This document shows, piece by piece, positions 1 to 8,526 of a DNA stretch of 25,127 nt; position 1 is the stretch's first letter, and each line of letters starts with the position of its first letter. The notes beneath the pieces were generated by a model. It was not told where the DNA came from. It made no database searches and was given only the letters and a program-made list of their open reading frames with translations. The stretch comes from Thermoplasmata archaeon. Its GTDB lineage: Archaea > Thermoplasmatota > Thermoplasmata > B31-G17. The translations under genes and the position numbers were made by a program. Where the stretch lies: the NCBI GenBank assembly GCA_003649915.1, contig QMTG01000001.1, positions 1 to 25,127 of the forward strand, read 5' to 3'.

Positions 1-131
1 ATTAAGAGAACAACACCTGCTTTTTTCCTAATGAGCGCTAATGATATTATGATGAGGAAAAAAACAATAGCGGAAGCCTCAGGAGGCGATAGGCGTGAAA
101 ATATTTGCTGAGCAATGGCCTGGGGATCCAT
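1..131 (-). CDS. Hypothetical membrane protein, N-terminal fragment (runs off the window edge)
   Basis: ATG at 131 opens a stop-free frame to position 1: MDPQAIAQQIFSRLSPPEASAIVFFLIIISLALIRKKAGVVLL. It has a hydrophobic TM-like stretch and lies 27 nt after the cupin stop on the same strand. Not in the ORF track. Confidence 0.5.
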   Translation of the reverse strand, partial: MDPQAIAQQIFSRLSPPEASAIVFFLIIISLALIRKKAGVVLL

Positions 132-158
132 AACGCTTTCTGATTACAAATCGGGTAT

Positions 159-479
159 TTATCTCTTTTTACTGCCAGCGTATATGTATATATAACGCAG
201 AATATGCCCTTCCTTCGCCACTATATTGTGCACAGTGTGCTTGCCGAAGTGCAGCACATCTCCTCCTGATATCTCTATTTCCTCTCCATCAACAAATGCA
301 GAACCCTTTCCGCTCAATATTACCAGTACTTCTTCTCCATCCTCTGTACTGTGCTCTCCAATTTCTTCACAATCCCGCAGGCAAACTGCGCCCGCTCTCA
401 TTTTTTCCCACGTTTTATCCGTGAGAGGGATGTGCCTCTCATCGTAATCATGGCTTAATGATTTCTTGCTCCATGTCAT
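159..479 (-). CDS. Cupin domain protein
   Basis: Cupin motif 1 GEHSTEDGEEVLVILSGKG and motif 2 GDVLHFGKHTVHNI. Start moved from TTG497 to ATG479, which has GAGGA upstream. Confidence 0.85.
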   Translation of the reverse strand: MTWSKKSLSHDYDERHIPLTDKTWEKMRAGAVCLRDCEEIGEHSTEDGEEVLVILSGKGSAFVDGEEIEISGGDVLHFGKHTVHNIVAKEGHILRYIYIYAGSKKR

Positions 480-566
480 GGTATCAGTCCTCAGCAACGC
501 ACATCATAAATTCCTATAAAAATATTGAGCGAAAGGTTGATTTAGTATGTACCCAATCATGTGTGC

Positions 567-920
567 ATGATACGCGGGTTACGGGGAATGAGCCCGAAGC
601 AGATGAAGGCCGCCATGCGAAAAATGGGGATAAAGATGGAAGAAATCGAGGGAGTGAACGAGGTTATTGTAAGGGCTAAGGACAAAGATTACATAATAAG
701 GGAGCCGTCCGTGACAATGATTGATGTTCAGGGCGAGGTCATGTTTCAGGTCGCTGGCAGGGTGGAAGTTGTTGAAAAGGAGGGAGCAATACCAAAGGAA
801 GATATAATGCTCGTAGCCCAGCAGGCGGGTGTTAGCGAGGAAGAGGCGAGAAAGGCGCTGGAAGCCACAGACGGGGATATTGCAGAAGCTATAATCAGGC
901 TTGTTGGAGGACAGGGATGA
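567..920 (+). CDS. nac: Nascent polypeptide-associated complex protein (archaeal NAC)
   Basis: MSPKQMKAAMRKMGIKMEEI N-terminus, NAC beta-barrel, and C-terminal UBA-like EDIMLVAQQAGVSEEEARKALEATDGDIAEAI. ATG567 preferred over GTG561. Confidence 0.93.
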   Translation: MIRGLRGMSPKQMKAAMRKMGIKMEEIEGVNEVIVRAKDKDYIIREPSVTMIDVQGEVMFQVAGRVEVVEKEGAIPKEDIMLVAQQAGVSEEEARKALEATDGDIAEAIIRLVGGQG

Positions 921-926
921 GGAGAA

Positions 927-1595
927 TTAAACCTTGCTGTAAACCAAGATATAGCCCATGCTACCGAAAAATCTTATCTCTTTCACAAGCCTGAATTTTT
1001 CGCAGGCATCAAATAAAGATTTTACGTTTATCGATATTCTTGTGTACCCAAATAGATATGCTATTGCCCCCAACAATGGGTAAAGGATAATCATGGGTCC
1101 ACAAATGGGGCGCCCCCAATCAAGAATGACAACCCTTCCTCCGCGCTTAAGAACCCTTGAAAGTTCTACTACAATTTTCTCTGGATCCGTAGCTGAGGTA
1201 AAGGTGTAGGATGCGAACGCGCAATCTATACTCTCATCATCGAAATCCATGGATGTGCAGTCCATAACCTTAACAATTATTCTATCCCTGTACTCAGACT
1301 TCTTAGCCTTCTCCGATGCGATATTCACCATTTTTTCCGATATATCCACACCAATAACTGTAGCACTTGGGCATTCTTTTGCCATCAGTAACAGCATTTT
1401 TCCCGTGCCGCAGCCCATATCAAGCACTGTTCCTTTGCACCCTTTGAGTTCTCTCACAGCCATAATGCGCCACTTAGCCCCATACCTACCAAGCAGGGGG
1501 GCTTTCGCATCAAATTTATCGTATATGGTGCTCCATTTATCGTATCTTTTCGCTATTTTTGCTTTTCTGTCTGGGAATTCCCTCATACCTTTCAT
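927..1595 (-). CDS. Class I SAM-dependent methyltransferase (UbiE/PmtA-like), substrate unknown
   Basis: Motif I VLDMGCGTG, GVDIS, motif II MDFDDESID, post-II ELSRVLKRGGRVVILD. Confidence 0.88.
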   Translation of the reverse strand: MKGMREFPDRKAKIAKRYDKWSTIYDKFDAKAPLLGRYGAKWRIMAVRELKGCKGTVLDMGCGTGKMLLLMAKECPSATVIGVDISEKMVNIASEKAKKSEYRDRIIVKVMDCTSMDFDDESIDCAFASYTFTSATDPEKIVVELSRVLKRGGRVVILDWGRPICGPMIILYPLLGAIAYLFGYTRISINVKSLFDACEKFRLVKEIRFFGSMGYILVYSKV

Positions 1596-1617
1596 CCAGA
1601 AAATTTACTCAGAATAT

Positions 1618-1626
1618 TTTAATATA
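1618..1626. promoter_or_regulatory. Putative bidirectional TATA box for the methyltransferase and hutI
   Basis: TTTAATATA (TATATTAAA on the minus strand) is centred exactly between the divergent ATGs at 1595 and 1649, 23 nt from each. Confidence 0.5.
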
Positions 1627-1648
1627 CCGAAAACATCATCGGCATTCG

Positions 1649-2902
1649 ATGAAGAGCGTAGCACACGATGCGCTTATAATCAAGAATGCATCTCAACTCT
1701 TGACCATAGGGAAAGGACCAAAGACAGGCGAGGAGATGAGTGAACTGAATGTTGTGGAAAACGGTGCTGTGGCTGTTATTGAGGGAAAGATAGCCGATGT
1801 TGGGAATACAAAAGAAATAATAAGCGCGTATGAAAAACCTCATGTGATTGATGCAGAGGGCTGTGTTGTCATGCCTGGCTTTGTAGACCCCCACACCCAT
1901 GCGGTCTTTTCTGGCACAAGAGAGGATGAAATGTTCATGCGCATACGTGGTGCTTCCTACATCGAGATATTGGCGAAAGGTGGGGGAATACTTAGAACAA
2001 TGAGGGCAACCAGGGCGGCAAGCATGGAAAAGTTGGCTATGGAGAGTGAGCGCAGGCTTCTCACAATGCTAAGGCACGGCACAACAACTGCTGAGGTAAA
2101 GAGCGGCTATGGTCTTTCAACAGAGCACGAGATTAAAATGCTGAGAGCAATAAATATGCTGAACGAAAAACTTCCAATAGACCTCATCCCCACATTTCTT
2201 GGGGCTCATGCACTCCCTCCCGAGTTTAAGAGCACAGAGGACTATATCGAGGATATAGTTAAAAATGCTCTACCAGAAATCAGGCGCTTAGCCCTTGCAC
2301 GCTTTGTTGATATTTTCTGCGATAAGGGCGTTTTCGGCTTGGATGACGTTATTATGCTGTTTAAGCATGCAAAAGACATGGGCTTTGGCCTAAAAATACA
2401 CAGTGACGAGATGGAAAACTTGGGTGCAACAAGAGTTGCAGCGGAGTTTGGCGCAATTTCTGCAGACCATCTTGTGAAAAGCACTGATGAAGACTTGGAG
2501 GCGTTGGCAAAGCACGGAACAGTGGCTGTTCTTCTTCCTGGAACGCCCTTTATTCTGATGAGTAACGAATATCCCAGGGCTAGGGATATGATAGAGATGG
2601 GTGTTCCTGTAGCCCTTGCCACAGACCTTAACCCCAATTGTTATCTTGAATCCATGCAGTTGGTGATAACGCTAGCGTGCTTGAAGATGAAAATGAGTGC
2701 GGAGGAGGCGATTGTTGCCTCCACAATAAATGCAGCCTCTGCCATCGGGGTAAGCGATGTTGTGGGAAGCATAGAGGTTGGAAAAAAAGCCGATATAATA
2801 GTGCTTGATGTTGAGAATTACGAGCAACTGCCCTACATATTCGGCGTTAATCATGTAAGACTTGTCATAAAGGATGGAAAGGTTGTCTATAGGAGGGATT
2901 AG
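1649..2902 (+). CDS. hutI: Imidazolonepropionase
   Basis: PGFVDPHTH, GASYIEILAKGGGI, EVKSGYGL, TFLGAHALP, KIHSDE, SADHL and ALATDLNP are HutI-type amidohydrolase motifs. Start moved to ATG1649. Confidence 0.92.
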   Translation: MKSVAHDALIIKNASQLLTIGKGPKTGEEMSELNVVENGAVAVIEGKIADVGNTKEIISAYEKPHVIDAEGCVVMPGFVDPHTHAVFSGTREDEMFMRIRGASYIEILAKGGGILRTMRATRAASMEKLAMESERRLLTMLRHGTTTAEVKSGYGLSTEHEIKMLRAINMLNEKLPIDLIPTFLGAHALPPEFKSTEDYIEDIVKNALPEIRRLALARFVDIFCDKGVFGLDDVIMLFKHAKDMGFGLKIHSDEMENLGATRVAAEFGAISADHLVKSTDEDLEALAKHGTVAVLLPGTPFILMSNEYPRARDMIEMGVPVALATDLNPNCYLESMQLVITLACLKMKMSAEEAIVASTINAASAIGVSDVVGSIEVGKKADIIVLDVENYEQLPYIFGVNHVRLVIKDGKVVYRRD

Positions 2903-2904
2903 GG

Positions 2905-3624
2905 TTGGCTGGGGTATTGCTTGGACTTATAGGAGGAACTGGCTCTGGAGAAATAGGCAGGATTTTGGCTGAAAAAGATATTGTCACACCTTATGGCAGA
3001 CCATCTTCCCCACTACAATACATAGATGTTGAGGGGGAACGTATAGTTTATCTCAGAAGGCACGGGGTTGATGGAAATATACCCCCTCACAGGATAAACC
3101 ATAGGGCTAACATATACGCCCTAAAAAAGGAGAACGTGCCCTGCATCGTGTCCATAACGTCTGTGGGCAGTTTGAAAAAAAATATAGTGCCTCCCTCCAT
3201 CCTAATACCGCACGACTACATATGCCCTTGGAAGATTCCAACATTCTACAGCGAGGTCAGGCATGTAACTCCGAGTATTGATGAAAGGCTGCGAGAAATT
3301 ATAATAGAGGGTGCAAAAAATTGCAACCTGAGTGTGCTGGAAAAGGGTATATACATCCAGACCCTTGGTCCAAGGCTTGAAACTAAGGCGGAGGTGTCCG
3401 TGATGGCTTATTATGCGGATGTTGTTGGAATGAGCATGGCATCGGAAGCCACACTAGCATCGGAAATAGGCATGTCCTACGCAAACATAAGTTCTGTGGA
3501 CAATTACGCTCATGGTATTGTGGATGTTGAACTGCGCTATGAGGACATAATAAGGAATGCAAAAAATAACTGGGGCAACATTGTGAGGCTTATAAGAGAG
3601 GTGGTAAGACTTATGGCGAGGTGA
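2905..3624 (+). CDS. MTAP-family purine nucleoside phosphorylase, probably 6-oxopurine / methylthioinosine specific
   Basis: GLIGGTG, RHG, NHRANIYALK, GPRLETKAE, VVGMS. The specificity loop reads SVDNYA (Asn) rather than the DYD of 6-aminopurine MTAPs. Confidence 0.88.
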   Translation: MAGVLLGLIGGTGSGEIGRILAEKDIVTPYGRPSSPLQYIDVEGERIVYLRRHGVDGNIPPHRINHRANIYALKKENVPCIVSITSVGSLKKNIVPPSILIPHDYICPWKIPTFYSEVRHVTPSIDERLREIIIEGAKNCNLSVLEKGIYIQTLGPRLETKAEVSVMAYYADVVGMSMASEATLASEIGMSYANISSVDNYAHGIVDVELRYEDIIRNAKNNWGNIVRLIREVVRLMAR

Positions 3625-3629
3625 AAAAT

Positions 3630-4913
3630 ATGAGCATACTGATTAAGGGAGTACTTCTTTGCGCGCCCAACAAGCACGGCCTTGTGGATATCTACATTGA
3701 GGATAACACTATAGTTGAGGTTAGTAGTGCTGGGAAGATAAATGTGGAGGCTGAGCATGTGGTGGACGGAAGCAATCACATAGCGTTTGCAGGGCTAATC
3801 AATGCTCACACACACGCAGCAATGACACTCTTCAGGGGGTATGCTGACGACCTACCGCTCCATGAGTGGCTGACCAATAAAATATGGCCACTAGAGGCGA
3901 GACTTGATGCAGAGACGGTGTACTGGGCTACACGACTTGCTTGCATAGAGATGATACGCACAGGCACAACGACCTTTAACGACATGTACTTTTTCATGGA
4001 GGATGTAGCCAAGGCTGTGCGCGATTCTGGGATAAGGGCTGTTCTAAGTTATGGTTTCATAGACCTTTTTGATGAAGAGAAGCGAGAGGTAGAGATAAAG
4101 AGAACGGAGAATTTTGTAAGGTTTGTTGAAGGACTGGGCTGTAGCAGGGTCAAGGCCGCGGTGGGTCCACATGCCATATACACGGTATCAAGGGACGGGC
4201 TTATATGGGCGAAAGAGTACGCTGATGAGAAAGGGCTAATTCTACATATACATCTGTCTGAAACAAAGAAGGAGGTTGAGGAGTGCCAGAAAGAATATGG
4301 TGAATCCCCAGTTAAATACCTTGATAGCATTGGCTTTCTTGGAAAAAATGTGGTTGCTGCTCATGCCGTATGGGTGAGCGATAACGATGCCCAGATTCTT
4401 GGGCGCAGGGGAGTGAGCATTGCGCACTGTCCTGTGTCGAATATGAAACTTGGTGTGGGTAGGGCTATGCCGTACCAGACGCTTAGAAACGTCGGTGTAA
4501 ACATAGCACTTGGCACAGATGGCTGTGCCTCGAATAACAACTTGGACATGATTGAGGAAATGAAGGTTGCTGCATTGCTTCATAAAATGAGCGGTGACCC
4601 AACTGTGCTTAATGCTCATGAAGCACTTGCCATGGGTAGCGTAAATGGAGCAATAGCTCTTGGAATAAACAGTGGAAGGATTGAGGAGGGGGCGGTGGCA
4701 GACATAGTGCTCATGGATACAAGGAGCAGCAGGCACGTGCCCGGATATAACGCCATATCTGACTTGGTGTACTCTTCAACTGCTGCCCAAATAGACACGG
4801 TGATATGCGATGGAAGGTTTGTGATGAAGAATGGTGTCATTGAGAGTGAGGCTGAGGTCTTGGATAAAGTTAAAAAACTAGCCTTTGACCTTGTTGGCAG
4901 GGAAAGCAATTAG
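3630..4913 (+). CDS. mtaD: 5'-methylthioadenosine/S-adenosylhomocysteine (5'-deoxyadenosine) deaminase family amidohydrolase
   Basis: NAHTHAAMTLFRGYADDLPLHEWL, PHAIY, HLSET, HCPVSNMKLG, LGTDGCASNN. SD GAGGTGA (3618-3624) precedes ATG3630. Confidence 0.87.
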   Translation: MSILIKGVLLCAPNKHGLVDIYIEDNTIVEVSSAGKINVEAEHVVDGSNHIAFAGLINAHTHAAMTLFRGYADDLPLHEWLTNKIWPLEARLDAETVYWATRLACIEMIRTGTTTFNDMYFFMEDVAKAVRDSGIRAVLSYGFIDLFDEEKREVEIKRTENFVRFVEGLGCSRVKAAVGPHAIYTVSRDGLIWAKEYADEKGLILHIHLSETKKEVEECQKEYGESPVKYLDSIGFLGKNVVAAHAVWVSDNDAQILGRRGVSIAHCPVSNMKLGVGRAMPYQTLRNVGVNIALGTDGCASNNNLDMIEEMKVAALLHKMSGDPTVLNAHEALAMGSVNGAIALGINSGRIEEGAVADIVLMDTRSSRHVPGYNAISDLVYSSTAAQIDTVICDGRFVMKNGVIESEAEVLDKVKKLAFDLVGRESN

Positions 4914-4953
4914 CAGGGAAAGCGAGTAACTGCAAATAAATGGTGGCGGATTA

Positions 4954-5700
4954 TCAACGCATGCCCCTATCAAGCCTTATAATCTTCCTTCTGACCGCCT
5001 TTATCGAAAATATTGCAAAGATCACAGCCACAAGTATGCCAAGCACGGGCACAGTGCCTCCAAATATCAGGTAAAGGGAAGCCATAAAATTAAACGTTGC
5101 GTGCATGAGCACTGCAAGGAAATAAAAAGGAATTATATGGTACCTGGGCCCGTACACGATTTTTCTCGATATCCCGTAGCCAGTAACTGCGGTAGCACTT
5201 GCGTGGAGCAATGCACTTGAAATTGCTCTGAGTACTGATGTGAAAACAAACACAATGAGCCCCGCACTCATGGCTGATAGATCATAAAGCAGATTTTCCA
5301 TGGCGGCAAACCCCAGGCCTGAAGATGCCCCATACACCAGCCCGTCTTCCACTTCATCAATATACCTTCTCGCAATAAAAACGCCAAGACCCTTGGTAAA
5401 TTCCTCAGCAAGCGGTGCGATAGCGCATACTAGTAGAAGGGCCATAAAACTCTTATTCCTTGCCAAATACTCATACTCTCTCTGCAAAACAATCGCTTGG
5501 TTTGCTGCGATCAGGAGTAATATTTCAATAAACGCCGCGGTTATAGTGGCAATGAAAGCTCCCCAGATGAAGACCTTTAAAACAGCCCTCCAAGGCTCTC
5601 TTTCATAGATTTCCGTATTCCTTATCCATACAAGATATATGAGGGGCGGGGTAAAGGAAACGAATAAGAGCAGCAGAGCCTTCGCCAATAGTCCGCTCAC
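4954..5700 (-). CDS. PrsW-family intramembrane glutamic-type protease
   Basis: Multi-TM protein with APLAEEFTK (EExxK), GFAAMEN (FxxxE), HA and HATFN motifs. GTG start. Confidence 0.88.
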   Translation of the reverse strand: MSGLLAKALLLLFVSFTPPLIYLVWIRNTEIYEREPWRAVLKVFIWGAFIATITAAFIEILLLIAANQAIVLQREYEYLARNKSFMALLLVCAIAPLAEEFTKGLGVFIARRYIDEVEDGLVYGASSGLGFAAMENLLYDLSAMSAGLIVFVFTSVLRAISSALLHASATAVTGYGISRKIVYGPRYHIIPFYFLAVLMHATFNFMASLYLIFGGTVPVLGILVAVIFAIFSIKAVRRKIIRLDRGMR

Positions 5701-5725
5701 GAGGGCTTGGATTTGGCAAACCTTA

Positions 5726-5731
5726 TTTATA
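5726..5731. promoter_or_regulatory. Putative TATA box between prsW and the small ORF
   Basis: TTTATA / TATAAA lies 26 nt from the prsW GTG, a spacing consistent with a leaderless transcript. It is upstream of a GGATGTG SD-like site for ATG5774. Confidence 0.42.
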
Positions 5732-5773
5732 CTTTTTGTGAGATTGCACTACAAAAGCACGGATGTGTTGGCT

Positions 5774-5929
5774 ATGTTGGTGAAACTCGTTGAGTTTGGT
5801 GAAACATCGCCTCCGTACATGAAGGAGAGAAGAATAAACGAGATGATTTCACAGGGCTATAGGCCTATGAGTTTCGGGTACAACAATGCGGGCGCGCTGA
5901 TAACTGTTGTGTTCTCAAAAGAGGATTAG
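5774..5929 (+). CDS. Small hypothetical protein (51 aa)
   Basis: MLVKLVEFGETSPPYMKERRINEMISQGYRPMSFGYNNAGALITVVFSKED fills the gap between prsW and pdxT. It has upstream TATA and SD-like signals and a protein-like beta-alpha-beta-beta pattern. Confidence 0.55.
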   Translation: MLVKLVEFGETSPPYMKERRINEMISQGYRPMSFGYNNAGALITVVFSKED

Positions 5930-5960
5930 TTCTTGCACGGACAATGCTGAACAAAAACGC

Positions 5961-6551
5961 CTATATCATTTGCAGGAAGAGATGGTGAATCCTGTAATCT
6001 TGGCCGAGTTCCGGGTGAAAAGCCATCGCCAGCAGATTGCCCTGCACAGCCATAACTATTCCCTCATCAACATATGCCATTGCCTTGCATTTACCCCAGA
6101 CTCTCTTGATCAGTGGAGCCCTTATAAATATGGCATGAAACTTACCAATTCCCTCTATCTCAATATCTGCCTCAAATGACTCTCTCTGCCTTCCAAAAGC
6201 GTTGCGCTGAACCTCCATGTCCATCAATGATAGCAGGCGTGTATCACTCCTTATTACCTCCTCATCTCCCACCTTCGCCATTAATATACAGCCGGCACAC
6301 GTGCCCATGATTGGCACGCCATTCTCCGCCATCTCAATTATGCTGTCTCGCATTCCTCTTCTTTCTATTAGCCTAGATATTGTTGTGCTTTCCCCGCCGG
6401 GTATGATTAGAGCAGATAAATCTGCCAAGTCTTCCTTTTTTCGCACCCAGAGCACAGTACCATGGCGTTTATGCAATTCTATAGCCTTTTTCATAGCCTC
6501 AATATGCTCAATAACGTCTCCTTGAAAACCTATGACTCCTATCTTCAGCAT
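5961..6551 (-). CDS. pdxT: Pyridoxal 5'-phosphate synthase glutaminase subunit
   Basis: GVIGFQGD, PGGEST, GTCAG, RNAFGRQ, FIRAP, FHPE. SD GGTGA precedes ATG6551. Confidence 0.95.
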   Translation of the reverse strand: MLKIGVIGFQGDVIEHIEAMKKAIELHKRHGTVLWVRKKEDLADLSALIIPGGESTTISRLIERRGMRDSIIEMAENGVPIMGTCAGCILMAKVGDEEVIRSDTRLLSLMDMEVQRNAFGRQRESFEADIEIEGIGKFHAIFIRAPLIKRVWGKCKAMAYVDEGIVMAVQGNLLAMAFHPELGQDYRIHHLFLQMI

Positions 6552-6570
6552 TTTTCTAATCACCCAGAAA

Positions 6571-8283
6571 TCACTTCTTAATATCCGAGATTTTTTCATG
6601 AGCCTTTGTAGCATACATTACGGCTGCCGTATAGTTTCCCGTGCGAAGGGCATTTTCTGCCCTTGTGACAAGGCTTTTGGCAGCAGATAGGTCAACATCC
6701 TCCCACTTAAGAGCAGAGATTGCCATCTTCGCCCTTCTTATAGCCTCCACAGCCTTCATGTGTTTCTCTATCGTTGCGTTTATCCTGTCATAAACCCATC
6801 TAGCGTTCTGATAAGCCCTATCGTAATTGCCTGTTGCAAAGTCCTCCCTTGCATTCTGAAGCATTCTTTGTATCTTCAAAACATCTATCCCCATTTCACG
6901 AGCTCTAGCTATAGCGCCCGCTGCATCCTCAATCGCCCTCTCTGCATCTTCCGATGCCAACCCTTCTTTAGGCTCTTCGACAACCTCAGAGGGCTTTTCC
7001 TCGTCCAACTTCATAGGAGCAGGCTCTTTTCTCTCCGATGGCTCAACTTTTTCCTCCTCAGCCCTTGGCATCTCTCCTCCACCAATAAATTCGTGGGATG
7101 GGTACTTAATGTAGTTTATGAATACAATAATCGCAATTATGCCTAGGGCTATTAGCAAGCCTATGAAGCCAAAAAATATTGCCCAATCAGGGTTCATCGC
7201 AACCTTTATACTCTTCTCAAGCATAAAATCTGTAAGGGGTGGAGCACTTTCGTTCGGGTAAACAGCAACAACAACTCGATAACTGCCTGGCGTGACAAAA
7301 TTGTATGTAATGTGCACTGTTGCACTTTTTCCCTCGTCAACACTTACTGTGGTGTTTCCAATCTCTTTCTCCTCATACCCTCCTATAAAGAACCTGACCG
7401 TAACATTTTCCGCCCTTATCTGGCCTATGTTTTCAATCATAGCGTATATCTCAACGGGGCTGTTACTCAATGGTTTTTTCGGCTCCACCCATATTTCCTT
7501 GACGCGCAAGTATGGAATCCTATTAACATAAACGTGTATTATTGCATCACTGTAGTTCACCCCCCAACTCGCCTTTACCACGACATCATACCATACTATC
7601 GGTGTGTTGTAAGGCAATGTTATGTTGAGAATAACATCCCTGCTATCCCCTGGGTTGAGCGAAAAATACTGTGGGCTGTAATTGTATTTCCACTGATCAG
7701 GGAGTTCCCTCTCTCTTATGCTATGGTCACGCAAGTATGCAATTTCCATTTCCACGTCAGCTCGTTCATTGCCCCAGTTCTTGACCTCAACCTGTGTTAT
7801 GCCAGACCTTCCTGGGTCTATGCTCAAAGAGTCATCTTGGGGATTGACCACAAGCATGGGACTTCTGATAACTTCAAGAACAAAACTCCCTCTAGCATCC
7901 GTGTATGAACTGCTGAGAGAATGCACAGTTATGTTGAATGTATAATTTCCAGGCTCTGCAAGTGGTGGTGCAGTGATGGTCATGGGTATGCTTGCAGAAC
8001 CATAAGCACTTATATTTGTAGTGTTCGTGTACGATATATTCCATTTGTTGGGTATTTCCACATACACAGTAAAAGTATCGCCCCATTGCTCGTTACTAGT
8101 GATATTTAGGGTGACGAGTTTTTTCCCTGTGGGCACCATTGTTTTGTTCTTAATATGAATATCTAAACTCGCACACGGCTCTTGCGCATACGTACCCGGT
8201 ATGAGAACAATGAAGAGCAGCATTGCAAGCGAAATTGCAACGGTAAGAGCAAGTACGCACAATTTTACCCTTTTTCCCGCCAT
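6571..8283 (-). CDS. Single-pass surface protein: signal peptide, Ig-like domains, CARDB domain, TM helix, acidic linker, cytoplasmic helical repeats
   Basis: MAGKRVKLCVLALTV...TYA signal; CARDB pattern PYLRVKEIWVEP...IENIG...ENVTVRFF; TM WAIFFGFIGLLIALGIIAIIVF. SD GGAGG precedes ATG8283. Confidence 0.83.
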   Translation of the reverse strand: MAGKRVKLCVLALTVAISLAMLLFIVLIPGTYAQEPCASLDIHIKNKTMVPTGKKLVTLNITSNEQWGDTFTVYVEIPNKWNISYTNTTNISAYGSASIPMTITAPPLAEPGNYTFNITVHSLSSSYTDARGSFVLEVIRSPMLVVNPQDDSLSIDPGRSGITQVEVKNWGNERADVEMEIAYLRDHSIRERELPDQWKYNYSPQYFSLNPGDSRDVILNITLPYNTPIVWYDVVVKASWGVNYSDAIIHVYVNRIPYLRVKEIWVEPKKPLSNSPVEIYAMIENIGQIRAENVTVRFFIGGYEEKEIGNTTVSVDEGKSATVHITYNFVTPGSYRVVVAVYPNESAPPLTDFMLEKSIKVAMNPDWAIFFGFIGLLIALGIIAIIVFINYIKYPSHEFIGGGEMPRAEEEKVEPSERKEPAPMKLDEEKPSEVVEEPKEGLASEDAERAIEDAAGAIARAREMGIDVLKIQRMLQNAREDFATGNYDRAYQNARWVYDRINATIEKHMKAVEAIRRAKMAISALKWEDVDLSAAKSLVTRAENALRTGNYTAAVMYATKAHEKISDIKK

Positions 8284-8370
8284 ATTTGGGTCGCCTCCTA
8301 AGAGTATAAAAGGCTGACACGATATTAACTTTTCTATTACGCAAGTATGGCTAAGGGTTGTGATGGAAAA

Positions 8371-8395
8371 TATAAACAATCAAAACTTATATATA
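8371..8395. promoter_or_regulatory. Putative TATA boxes in the divergent region upstream of the pilus-like operon
   Basis: TATAAA at 8371-8376 and TTATATATA at 8387-8395 in a 243-nt AT-rich intergenic region. Confidence 0.4.
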
Positions 8396-8526
8396 GGGTA
8401 AGGTGCATGAAAGTTGTAGATAATGCTAAGGTGAACCAGAGCGATATGCTACAGTTTGTGCAAACACGGGTTTTGCCACAAAAAGCGCTATAATAGTGTA
8501 TAGAGAACACGGAGGTGAGATGTGAG

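Noticed and set aside
3630-4913. Formiminoglutamate deiminase (HutF), suggested by the hutI neighbour
   Set aside because: The motifs (HTHAAMTLFRG, SNMKLG, GTDGCASNN) fit MtaD/DadD, and the adjacent Asn-type phosphorylase supports nucleoside deamination.
8407-8493. 28-codon ORF (MKVVDNAKVNQSDMLQFVQTRVLPQKAL) with AGGTG upstream, considered as a pilin or leader peptide
   Set aside because: No hydrophobic helix or class III signal, and an ORF this short is expected by chance.
8520-8525. ATG-TGA minimal ORF just before the ATPase1 GTG start
   Set aside because: Only 2 nt from the SD and largely a by-product of the repeated GAGGTG sequence.
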